Of a DNA stretch of 64,000 bases, positions 17,941 to 26,725 are shown piece by piece; within the stretch, counting starts at the first letter, position 1; each line of letters starts with the position of its first letter. The translations under genes and the position numbers were made by a program. The stretch lies in assembly GCA_029983925.1 (NCBI GenBank), contig JASBYO010000002.1, forward strand, positions 5,937 to 69,936, written 5' to 3'. Origin of the DNA: Flexilinea sp. GTDB lineage: Bacteria > Chloroflexota > Anaerolineae > Anaerolineales > Anaerolineaceae. The notes beneath the pieces were generated by a model, which worked only from the letters and a program-made list of their open reading frames with translations, had not been told where the DNA came from and searched no databases.

Positions 17941-19056
17941 TCAAGACGGCGAGAAACCGATCCCCATAAAGTGCGGCCCATCCGCAGCCAGGAGATCGTT
18001 TTCGGGCAGCGTGAAGCGCCGGATGCGCAGCCGGTTCAGACAGCTGCCCCGATCCGCTTCCGTTCCCGCACAGTAGGCAAGCAGCACGCAGTCTTCCATC
18101 GGCAGGATAGCGGTATAGCAGTAGCCGGCATTCGGATCATCCTCAACAGCAGTCGGTTCGGTCCAGACGGCGCCGTTGTCGCGGCTGAGCGCGTAGACGA
18201 GCGGGGTCCGATTGCCGGTCGCTTTATTTTCCTTCACGATATTATTCAGCGGCACAGGGTTCCAAATCGCAAAGAGCCGCCCATCGCCGAGTCGTTTCAT
18301 AGACAGGGGAGAAAGCGGAGACGTAAACCGGGACGGTATCGGCTGCGTCCAATGAATTCCGTTATCTTCGGAACAGAATTCATACTGACGCCCCAAATCC
18401 GTGCGTGCCCAGCCGTATAGCTTCCCGTTATCTAATTCAAGAACGCCGGGCTCCTGCAGCCCGGAACGGCAGGATGCATAATCGACAGACAACTCGGTTT
18501 CCGATTCGAACCATGTGTAACCGTCGTCATCGGAATAGAAGAAAGTCGTTACCGCGGGCGCAAGGATTACCGTCCCGTCTTCTTTGACTTTATTTCTATG
18601 TTCCGCCGCGGGAATAATGATCCGGGAAGAAGCGAGCCGGGTCACCCGGTCATTGTTGATTACAAAATATCCTTCGCGAACCGAACATCGTACCGGCTTG
18701 CTCCAGGTAACGCCGCCGTCCCCGGATCGTTGAAGGACAATATGCATATCTAACCAGTTCATCCTGACAAGATAAAAAATGCCGATGTCCCCGTTTTCCA
18801 TCCGCAGCAAGGATACGCTCATCACGTTCATCGCCTGAAAATCATCCGCCGCGACGACTGTCGACGGTGAATCCCATGTTACTCCGCCATCGCGGGAGCG
18901 GATCGTTTTGATATCGGCGTTCGTGAAATCCCGCGCTTTCTGACCGGAGAACGCCGTATAAGCGAATAGGATTTCATCTTTCGCATCTAAAGATAAAAAT
19001 GAACCCTCGCTGTTGCGGGGATTGCCGTTCCCGATTGGTAAATCCGTGTATGTCAT
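17941..19056 (-). CDS. BNR/Asp-box repeat beta-propeller protein (sialidase-like), cytoplasmic
   Basis: Five Asp boxes: SRDGGVTW, SGDGGVTW, SDDDGYTW, SEDNGIHW, SRDNGAVW. No signal peptide. The canonical FRIP motif is not seen (PRNSEG near the N-terminus instead). Confidence 0.8.
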   Translation of the reverse strand: MTYTDLPIGNGNPRNSEGSFLSLDAKDEILFAYTAFSGQKARDFTNADIKTIRSRDGGVTWDSPSTVVAADDFQAMNVMSVSLLRMENGDIGIFYLVRMNWLDMHIVLQRSGDGGVTWSKPVRCSVREGYFVINNDRVTRLASSRIIIPAAEHRNKVKEDGTVILAPAVTTFFYSDDDGYTWFESETELSVDYASCRSGLQEPGVLELDNGKLYGWARTDLGRQYEFCSEDNGIHWTQPIPSRFTSPLSPLSMKRLGDGRLFAIWNPVPLNNIVKENKATGNRTPLVYALSRDNGAVWTEPTAVEDDPNAGYCYTAILPMEDCVLLAYCAGTEADRGSCLNRLRIRRFTLPENDLLAADGPHFMGIGFSPS

Positions 19057-19104
19057 GAGAAACCCTCAGTATTTGAATATGGAATTATTATAACATAAAT
19101 CAAA

Positions 19105-19170
19105 CTTACGATGAAAGCCCGTCTCTATACCTCTTGGAATAACCGCAAGGCACGTCGCTTTCATCGTAAG
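19105..19170. promoter_or_regulatory. 14-bp perfect inverted repeat upstream of the BNR gene
   Basis: CTTACGATGAAAGC (19105-19118) and GCTTTCATCGTAAG (19157-19170), 38 nt apart. It lies 50-115 nt upstream of the 19056 start, next to a minus-strand TATAAT. Confidence 0.4.
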
Positions 19171-19388
19171 GACCATCGGAACTGTCAGGCAGTTCGCCGT
19201 TTCCATTCATCAGAGGGTTTTACAAAACAAACGCAGATTCATAATCTCCGGATAACACAATTTTCCCACCCGTCTGCTAAAACGGCTTTTTTTTACCGCA
19301 GTTTTTTAAGATTCACGCTTCTAAACTGCAACGCGCCGTTGACCGGCGACGACAGCGCCATGAAATCGGGACGCTCCGACCCGCAGGC

Positions 19389-20417
19389 TCACGCTTCGCT
19401 CAAAATCGGCTTGATCACATCGTCGATCATCTCCCGCAGGATCCCCGCGCTGCGGTCGAACTTTTCCTGATCCGCCCGGCTCAGCGGCAGCCGAATATTC
19501 TCGCGGACGCCCTCATGATTGATCAGCGTCGGCACGCCGATAAATAAATCCTGATGACCATACTCGCCGTTCTGCAGCACCGACAGCGTCAGCAGCGTAT
19601 TTTCGTTATTCAGAACGGCCTGAACGAGACGGTTCAACGACAGCCCGATCCCGTAATAGGTCGATTTTTTGCGGTTGATAATTTCGTATGCGGCCTGTTG
19701 GACCTGGCGATAAATCGTTTCGAGTTCAGTCAAATCGCGCCCCGACTCCGCGATGTATTCAAGTAATTTTTTCGCGCCGATATACGCATGCTCCCAGGGA
19801 ACAAAACTCGAATCGCCGTGTTCGCCCATCACCAACGCATGAATATTCGTCGGCGAAATCTCTAAATACTCGCTCATCAGATAACGCAGCCGCGCCGTGT
19901 CCAAGATCGTTCCCGACCCGATAACCTTATGCGCCGGCAGGCCGGAAACACGGTATGCGGCATAGGACATGACGTCGACCGGATTCGACGCGACGATCAG
20001 GATGCCGTCAAATCCGGATTTCATGATATTTTCGCAAACCGATTTCATAATCCTGGCGTTTGTCGCGGTCATATCCAGGCGCGATTGGCCCGGTTTCTGG
20101 GCTGTTCCGGCCGTAATCACGACAATTTCCGCGTCTTCGCACTCCTCATACCCGCCCGCCTTGATATTCATATGATTCCGAGAATAAGGGAGTCCATGCT
20201 GAAGATCCATCGCTTCGCCGATCGCTTTTTCCCGATCAACGTCAATAAGGACCAGCTCGTCGACGCCGCCGGTCGTCAAAAAAGTATACGCCATACTCAT
20301 ACCGACGAATCCGGTTCCAACCAAGCAAACCTTCCGATCTTTCTTTCCGCTGCAAGGCGGTAACGGCCCAAATTCCTTTTTATCCGGGCGGCTCATTTTT
20401 TTCCCAATCGTTTCCAT
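19389..20417 (-). CDS. ldh: L-lactate dehydrogenase
   Basis: KVCLVGTGFVGMSMAY (Rossmann), LIDVDREKAIGEAMDLQHG, GEHGDS. The ~25-aa N-terminal extension makes the exact start uncertain (alternative ATG at 20396). Confidence 0.9.
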   Translation of the reverse strand: METIGKKMSRPDKKEFGPLPPCSGKKDRKVCLVGTGFVGMSMAYTFLTTGGVDELVLIDVDREKAIGEAMDLQHGLPYSRNHMNIKAGGYEECEDAEIVVITAGTAQKPGQSRLDMTATNARIMKSVCENIMKSGFDGILIVASNPVDVMSYAAYRVSGLPAHKVIGSGTILDTARLRYLMSEYLEISPTNIHALVMGEHGDSSFVPWEHAYIGAKKLLEYIAESGRDLTELETIYRQVQQAAYEIINRKKSTYYGIGLSLNRLVQAVLNNENTLLTLSVLQNGEYGHQDLFIGVPTLINHEGVRENIRLPLSRADQEKFDRSAGILREMIDDVIKPILSEA

Positions 20418-20677
20418 AAATAGATTCCAATCTTTCCAAATTCCGCTGCGATGAAAATCTCGCGGCGGGTTAAATTTTCCGGCGCCAGAAGCGGATTCCG
20501 ATTCGTCCGTTCCGGCTTACCGCAATCGTACCTGACAAGCGGGCCTTTTTCCGTTTTATTTCCAACGGGAATCCTGTTTTCTGCGATTATAATCAAACCC
20601 GCCGTTAGATAATTCTAACTCATGGACGTCAAGTCATAAAGAAAACGCCGGCCAAAGCGCCGGCCGAAAGGAAAACA

Positions 20678-21904
20678 ATGAACAAATATTTCAAGCTGAC
20701 CGAAAAAGTATTCGACATAACCGAACGCTATCCGCAGCTTCTCGACCTGTTCGTTGCGAAAGGCTTCGAAAACCTGCGCAATGAAACGCTGCGAAAGACG
20801 CTAGGGAAAACGATCAGCGTTGAAAACGCTCTCAAAATGAAGAAAATCGATCCCGAACTTTTTGAGAAAGAGATGATCGAACGGATCGAAAACCGGAGAT
20901 GGAATTTCGGGGACGGATTAACTGAAGCCAAGATTGAAAGCGAGACGGCGATCGGATCGATCGAGGGCGTCCTGCCCTGCCCGGTCAAGCTTCAGCTTTT
21001 AGAAAAGTTTGAGAATTTTCTCGAATCTCAAAAAATTGACCTTAACGTCGATTTACGCTCAGCCAGTTTGGGCCTCGAGCATATCGCCGAAAAAGTCCGT
21101 AACAGCGAAAGCGAAGACGATCTCGCCGATATCTACATGTCGGCCGGATTCAACCTCTTTTTCGACAAAAAGTTGATCGGAAAATACATGGAACAGGACG
21201 TTTTCCGCGACATGTCCGGATTCGAACACATCAACCCCGATTTCGAAAACGCGGCGATCGATCTCCGAGATCCGCTCAGGCGTTATTCAATTATCGCAGT
21301 CATTCCCGCCGTTCTGATCGTCAATAAAACGCTGCTCGGCGGCCGGCCGTATCCAAAGAGTTGGGCCGATATCTTGAAACCTGAATTCAGGAACAGCGTC
21401 TCGCTGCCGGTTAAAGATCTCGACATGTTTAACGCCGTCATGCTCGGGATTTACAAGCTCTACGGCTTCGAGGGGATCCGCAAATTAGGCCGGAACCTGT
21501 TGGAAGGAATGCATCCGGCGCAGATGGTCAAAGGCGCGAAATCAAGCCGGGGAACCGCCCCGGCCGTCAGCGTCGTTCCGTATTTCTTTGCACAGATGGC
21601 GAAAGAAGGCGGATCGCTCGAGATCGTCTGGCCGGAAGAAGGAGCGATAATCAGTCCGATTTTCCTGATTGCGAAAGCCGGCGCGCGCGAACGCATGAAA
21701 CCGATCCTCGATTTCCTGTATTCGAAGGAAATCGGCGAAACGATCCATGTCGGCGGGAAATTCCCCTCGACGCTCCCCTTCCTCGATAATCGCCTTGGGA
21801 AAGAGCAAAAATTCGTCTGGATCGGCTGGGACACGATTCATTCGCAAGACATCGGCCGATTGCTTCGCGACGCTGAAGAAGCCTTTTCGGATAAGCCAAG
21901 ATAA
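20678..21904 (+). CDS. Cytoplasmic protein: DUF1858-like N-terminal helical module fused to a periplasmic-binding-protein (class II SBP) fold
   Basis: No signal peptide. N-terminus: KLTEKVFDITERYPQLLDLFVAKGFENL. The C-terminal 300 aa resemble FbpA/PotD-type binding proteins (WADILKPEF..., VSVVPYFFAQMAKEGGSLEIVWPEEGAIISPIF). Confidence 0.75.
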   Translation: MNKYFKLTEKVFDITERYPQLLDLFVAKGFENLRNETLRKTLGKTISVENALKMKKIDPELFEKEMIERIENRRWNFGDGLTEAKIESETAIGSIEGVLPCPVKLQLLEKFENFLESQKIDLNVDLRSASLGLEHIAEKVRNSESEDDLADIYMSAGFNLFFDKKLIGKYMEQDVFRDMSGFEHINPDFENAAIDLRDPLRRYSIIAVIPAVLIVNKTLLGGRPYPKSWADILKPEFRNSVSLPVKDLDMFNAVMLGIYKLYGFEGIRKLGRNLLEGMHPAQMVKGAKSSRGTAPAVSVVPYFFAQMAKEGGSLEIVWPEEGAIISPIFLIAKAGARERMKPILDFLYSKEIGETIHVGGKFPSTLPFLDNRLGKEQKFVWIGWDTIHSQDIGRLLRDAEEAFSDKPR

Positions 21905-21920
21905 ACCGCGGGGATTCGGA

Positions 21921-22610
21921 ATGAATTTAACAATTTTTTCAGGTCCGCCGTCGTCAGGGAAAACGTCCGTTATCCTGAAAACGATCGACGCTTTCCGAAA
22001 GCAGGGGAAAAAAGTCGGCGTCGTCAAGTTCGACTGCTTATACACCGACGACGACCTTTTATACGAGAAAGCGGGCGTCCCGGTCAAAAAAGGGCTCTCA
22101 GGGGGACTCTGCCCCGACCATTTTTTCGCTTCAAATATCGAAGGCGTCGTAAAATGGGGCGTCCGCGAAGGCGTCGACCTGCTCGTCAGCGAATCAGCCG
22201 GGCTGTGCAACCGCTGCTCGCCTTATCTCGCCGACGTTAAGGGCGTCTGCGTCATTGACAACCTCTCCGGGATTAATACGCCGAAGAAGATCGGACCGAT
22301 GTTGAAATCCGCCGATATCGTCGTCATTACCAAAGGCGATATCGTTTCCCAGGCCGAACGCGAAGTCTTCGCCGCGCGCGTCAGCGCCGTCAATCCGCGC
22401 GCGCTGGTGATGCATGTCAACGGACTGAGCGGCCAGGGCGCTTACGAACTCAGCACGCTTATCTACCGCGGCGACAGCGATATTCAGTCGGTTCAAGGCA
22501 TGAAACTGCGCTTTCCGATGCCGGCGGCGATGTGTTCTTACTGCCTGGGCGAAACGCGGATCGGCGAATCGTATCAACTCGGCAATTCAAAGAAGATGAA
22601 TTGGGAATAG
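21921..22610 (+). CDS. G3E-family P-loop GTPase (UreG/HypB-like metallochaperone candidate)
   Basis: Walker A GPPSSGKTS, GGLCPDH (CPH-type metal motif as in UreG), ESAGLCNRC (switch/Walker B region), TKGD (NKxD variant), C-terminal CSYC. Confidence 0.75.
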   Translation: MNLTIFSGPPSSGKTSVILKTIDAFRKQGKKVGVVKFDCLYTDDDLLYEKAGVPVKKGLSGGLCPDHFFASNIEGVVKWGVREGVDLLVSESAGLCNRCSPYLADVKGVCVIDNLSGINTPKKIGPMLKSADIVVITKGDIVSQAEREVFAARVSAVNPRALVMHVNGLSGQGAYELSTLIYRGDSDIQSVQGMKLRFPMPAAMCSYCLGETRIGESYQLGNSKKMNWE

Positions 22611-22652
22611 AAATGAAGAAGCTTTTAAAGCAAAAGAAAAGGGATTTTTTAC

Positions 22653-23699
22653 ATGATTGACCGGCTGACGATCGCGCAGGTTTTAGAATCGTACCCGTTC
22701 GCGCGGGATTTTCTCGACCAGAACCGCCTTAACGTCAGCGGAAGCGAACATCTCACTTTCGCCGAATTCCTCAAAAGAATCGACGCGGACGAAATCGAAG
22801 ACCAGGCGCTTAGAATCGAGACGCTCCAAGACGATCTCAACCGCTACATCGAACAAATCCTCGATTTTCTGGGCGTCGAGGAAAGCGGCGCCGTCCGTTC
22901 GTTAACGATCCTTCCGGGACATGATAAAGATAAGACGCCGGAAACTTTCGAGCGTCTCGATATTTACCGATCCCAAATCGTATCGATCGTCGGGCCGACC
23001 GGCTCGGGGAAAAGCCGGCTCCTCGCCGATATCGAATGGGCGGCGCAGCGCGACACGCCGACCGGACGGGCGATCTTGATCAACGGAGAGAACCCCGACC
23101 CCAAATGGCGTTACTCATCCAACAACAAGTTAGTCGCTCAATTATCACAGAATATGAATTTCGTCATGGATCTCAGCGTAGGAGAATTTATCGAAATGCA
23201 CGCCGAAAGCCGGATGATCGGGAACCGCGCGGAAATCAAAGCAAAAATTCTCGCCGAAGCGAACCGCTTAGCCGGAGAATCGTTTTTAGCCTCGGCGCCG
23301 GTCACCAGCCTGAGCGGCGGTCAATCGCGCGCCCTGATGATCGCCGACACGGCCATTTTAAGCGCCTCTCCGATCGTCCTTATCGACGAAATCGAAAACG
23401 CCGGAATCGACCGCAGGAAAGCGCTCGATCTCCTCGTCTCTCAGGATAAGATCGTCCTGATGGCGACGCACGACCCGCTGCTGGCGTTGCTGGCGGACCG
23501 GCGTATCGTGATTCAAAACGGCGGGATTCGTAAAGTCGTCGAAACCCGCGCGGAAGAGAAAGCGCTCCTGCTGGAATTCAATCAAATCGACGCCGTCATG
23601 CAGGAAGCGCGCCGCAAACTCCGCGCCGGGGAACGGCTGGGCGAAGTCGACGGTAAAATCGGGCTTAGATTCCCCGCCGACGACCGCCGCTTCGCTTAA
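22653..23699 (+). CDS. Soluble ABC-type ATPase with DUF1858-like N-terminal module (no cognate permease nearby)
   Basis: N-terminus: RLTIAQVLESYPFARDFLDQNRL. Walker A GPTGSGKS, signature LSGGQSRAL, Walker B IVLIDEIENAGID. Confidence 0.8.
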   Translation: MIDRLTIAQVLESYPFARDFLDQNRLNVSGSEHLTFAEFLKRIDADEIEDQALRIETLQDDLNRYIEQILDFLGVEESGAVRSLTILPGHDKDKTPETFERLDIYRSQIVSIVGPTGSGKSRLLADIEWAAQRDTPTGRAILINGENPDPKWRYSSNNKLVAQLSQNMNFVMDLSVGEFIEMHAESRMIGNRAEIKAKILAEANRLAGESFLASAPVTSLSGGQSRALMIADTAILSASPIVLIDEIENAGIDRRKALDLLVSQDKIVLMATHDPLLALLADRRIVIQNGGIRKVVETRAEEKALLLEFNQIDAVMQEARRKLRAGERLGEVDGKIGLRFPADDRRFA

Positions 23700-24164
23700 A
23701 TAAATTCAGGGGAACGGCTATCGGCGAATCCGGCCCGGAGGATTCCGATCGTTTGAACTTTTCTTCCGATTTCGGTTCGTCCCTATCGCTCGTTTCCGCG
23801 TCAGGCAGCGCGGAAGCAAACGCGTCGAAATTTAAAAAGATCGGACCGCGAATCCATGATATTTCGCGCATTTCCCGCGCATCGCGGCCCGATCGCCCGC
23901 TTCCGCCACATCTGCCGCTCCGGCAGGCTTGAATCCTGAAAATATGGCGGATTTTGCCATACCCGCGTTGCGTTCGAATCCCGTCTCCGTAGGGCTCGGA
24001 TATAAGGCGGTTCCCGTAACGCCGGATTTCAGTCAGCTCTTGCGTAAAAGCCGTTGAAAACGGCAGAACGAACCTCTTTGAAGCGTAATACAGGGACATA
24101 CATATACGGCCCGGCAGAAAACGCGGCGGCGGAAGATAAATTGACGGGCCGCTCTCCGCATCTT

Positions 24165-24207
24165 AAAAAAGCATCCCGACGCCGGTATGACAGTCGGGAT
24201 GTTTTTT
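24165..24207 (-). terminator. Rho-independent (bidirectional) terminator downstream of ygeW
   Basis: 9-bp stem CATCCCGAC / GTCGGGATG flanked by A-run and T-run. On the minus strand it is followed by CTTTTTT. Confidence 0.75.
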
Positions 24208-24223
24208 CTATATGGATTAATTT

Positions 24224-25417
24224 TTAGCCGAGGAAGCGAAGCGGCTTCTTGTTGAGCATGTCTTCCAAAACCGCGGCCGGGTTCTTGACCTTGCTGAGGA
24301 AGATCATCGCCGCGATGATATACGGCTTGTAGCTGGCTTCTTTATAAAGCGGGACGCGATAGCGATCGAATACCGACGCTTCGACTTCGCCCTTCTTGCA
24401 GCTGACGCCGGTAATATCCGCCGGGAGACAGTGCATATACAGCGCCTTGCCGTCTTTCGTCGTCTTCATCAAATCTTCCGTGCATTCCCAATCGGTATGT
24501 TCGGCGTTCTGGGCCAGGAGAACTTTCTCGAGCGCTTTAATACCGTCGGTATCGCCTTCGCCGTACAGGTTCGTCCGTTTTTCCATCGCTGCAAACGGCG
24601 CCCAGCTCTTCGGGTAAACGATATCGGCGTCAACGAAAGCTTCCGCCATCGAGTTGGTTTTCGAGAATTTTCCGCCCGCGGCCGCCGCGTTCTTCGCCGC
24701 GCCAGCTTCAACTTCCGGCAGAACCTCGTAGCCCTTCGGATGCGCCAGGACAACGTCCATTCCGAAGCGCGTCATCAAACCGATAACGCCCTGCGGAACC
24801 GAGAGCGGCTTCCCGTAAGAAGGCGAATAAGCCCAGGTCATGGCGATTTTCTTGCCCTTGAGTTTATCGACGCCGCCGAAATGGTTAATAATGTGGAGCA
24901 TGTCCGACATAGACTGCGTCGGATGATCGATATCGCACTGCAAGTTAACGAGCGTCGGGCGCTGTTCAAGGACGCCTTCTTCGTTGCCTTCCTTGACGTA
25001 CTGGCTAAACTCGCGCATGTAGGCGTTGCCCTTGCCGATATACATATCGTCGCGAATACCGACAACGTCCGCCATGAACGAAATCATGTTCGCCGTTTCG
25101 CGGACAGTTTCGCCGTGCGCGACCTGCGATTTGCCTTCCTCAAAATCCTGAACTTCCAAACCGAGGAGGTTCGCGGCGCTGGCGAAGCTGAAGCGCGTAC
25201 GCGTCGAATTATCGCGGAAGAGCGAAATCGCCAATCCGGAATCGAAGATGCGCGAGGAGATATTCTTTTCGCGCAAGCCGCGTAAAATATCGGCGACCGC
25301 AAACGTCGCGCGGATTTCGTCGTCGTTCTTTTCCCAAGTCAGCAGGAAATCGTCGTTGAACATCTTCGAGCAGTCGAGGCTCTTCAATTGCTGAATTAAG
25401 GCTTTCGTATTTTCCAT
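24224..25417 (-). CDS. ygeW: YgeW-type knotted carbamoyltransferase
   Basis: Near-colinear with E. coli YgeW as I recall it: FLLTWE, SLFRDNSTRTRFSFASA, GKSQVAHGETVRETANMISF, NLQCDIDHPTQSM, HCLPADITGVSC. Confidence 0.85.
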   Translation of the reverse strand: MENTKALIQQLKSLDCSKMFNDDFLLTWEKNDDEIRATFAVADILRGLREKNISSRIFDSGLAISLFRDNSTRTRFSFASAANLLGLEVQDFEEGKSQVAHGETVRETANMISFMADVVGIRDDMYIGKGNAYMREFSQYVKEGNEEGVLEQRPTLVNLQCDIDHPTQSMSDMLHIINHFGGVDKLKGKKIAMTWAYSPSYGKPLSVPQGVIGLMTRFGMDVVLAHPKGYEVLPEVEAGAAKNAAAAGGKFSKTNSMAEAFVDADIVYPKSWAPFAAMEKRTNLYGEGDTDGIKALEKVLLAQNAEHTDWECTEDLMKTTKDGKALYMHCLPADITGVSCKKGEVEASVFDRYRVPLYKEASYKPYIIAAMIFLSKVKNPAAVLEDMLNKKPLRFLG

Positions 25418-25451
25418 AGCTACCCTTTTATACTAATCCTATCTGAATTTA

Positions 25452-26663
25452 TTATTTCAATTTTTCAACATAGACGGACGGAACGGCGGCGTACATCGCG
25501 GCGGCTGTAACCAAATGGCTCGTCCAGGTCTTTTCGTTCGGGGCGTGCGCCTGTTCTTCCGCGCCGGGACCGAAACCGATACAGGGGATCCCATATCGTC
25601 CCATAATCGAAACGCCGTTTGTCGAGAACGTCCATTTATCGATAACCGGCTTTGAATCGAAGAGCGATTCATACGCGGTCGCCAGCGTCTGGGTCGCGAC
25701 ATGATCTTCCGGAATAACCCAGGTCGGGAAGTAGCATTCGGTCGGATATACCAAATCGGTATACGACGGGCGTTCATACGTATACATCGAAACTTCCGCT
25801 TTCGCTTCCTTGACGGACGGCAAATTGCGGATTTCCTGCAGCGCGCTTTCCCAGGTTTCGCCGTCAGTTAAGCGGCGGTCCAGCGAAATCGTACAGCTGT
25901 CGGCGACAGCGCAGCGAGACGGCGACGTGAAGAAAATTTCCGAAATCGTAACCGTACCTTTACCGAGGAACGGATCATAGTGCAGATTTTCGTTCAGCGC
26001 GCGGATTTCGTTGATAATCGGCGCCATCTTATAGATCGCGTTATCGCCGCGTTCCGGCGCGGAACCGTGGCAGCTGATACCCGGCGTATGGACCTTAATT
26101 TCCATGCGTCCGCGATGACCGCGATAAATTCGTAACGAAGTCGGTTCGGTAATCAGGACGAATTCCGGCTTGATTTTGTCTTCGTTGATAATATACTGCC
26201 AGCAGAGACCGTCGCAGTCCTCTTCCTGAACCGAGCCGACGACCAGCAGCGTATAGTCGTCTTCGAGATGAAGATCCTTAATGATCTTACCGGCGTAGAC
26301 CATGGAAACCATACCGCCTTCCTGATCCGAGCCGCCGCGACCGTAAATTTCGTCGCCGATAACTTTCGGTTCGAACGGGCCGGTAACCGTCCAGTTGGCG
26401 ATTTCGCCGACGCCGACGTTGTCAATATGCGCGTCCATGGCGATCAGGTGCTTGCCATGACCGATCCATCCGAGAATGTTGCCCATCGGATCGATTTCGA
26501 TTTTGTCGAAACCGACTTTTTCCATTTCTTCTTTGATGCGCTGGACGGTCGGGCCTTCCTGGCAGGATTCCCCAGGGATCGCGATCAAATCGCACATGAA
26601 CTTCGTCATATCGTCCGCGTAACTTTCAGCTTTCGCCTTGATTGCTTTGAAATCAATTGCCAA
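25452..26663 (-). CDS. ygeY: YgeY-family M20 peptidase/hydrolase (selenium-metabolism-linked family)
   Basis: M20 metal-ligand pattern ([24 protein letters not shown]). The N-terminus ([12 protein letters not shown]) is typical of YgeY. Directly upstream of ygeW. Confidence 0.8.
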   Translation of the reverse strand: MAIDFKAIKAKAESYADDMTKFMCDLIAIPGESCQEGPTVQRIKEEMEKVGFDKIEIDPMGNILGWIGHGKHLIAMDAHIDNVGVGEIANWTVTGPFEPKVIGDEIYGRGGSDQEGGMVSMVYAGKIIKDLHLEDDYTLLVVGSVQEEDCDGLCWQYIINEDKIKPEFVLITEPTSLRIYRGHRGRMEIKVHTPGISCHGSAPERGDNAIYKMAPIINEIRALNENLHYDPFLGKGTVTISEIFFTSPSRCAVADSCTISLDRRLTDGETWESALQEIRNLPSVKEAKAEVSMYTYERPSYTDLVYPTECYFPTWVIPEDHVATQTLATAYESLFDSKPVIDKWTFSTNGVSIMGRYGIPCIGFGPGAEEQAHAPNEKTWTSHLVTAAAMYAAVPSVYVEKLK

Positions 26664-26725
26664 AATATACCTCCATTGTTTGTTTAAAATATTTCAATTT
26701 TTTGTACGGCGTTTTTGTAACGACC

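Noticed and set aside
19111-19470. 119-aa plus-strand ORF between the BNR gene and ldh
   Set aside because: It overlaps the 3' end of ldh and the inverted-repeat/promoter region, and its composition is not protein-like.
23665-24099. 144-aa minus-strand ORF in the long gap after the ABC ATPase
   Set aside because: It overlaps the ATPase 3' end, has no RBS, has a Gly/Arg/Ser-rich low-complexity centre, and shows no family resemblance. Kept only as part of the coding-poor-gap finding.
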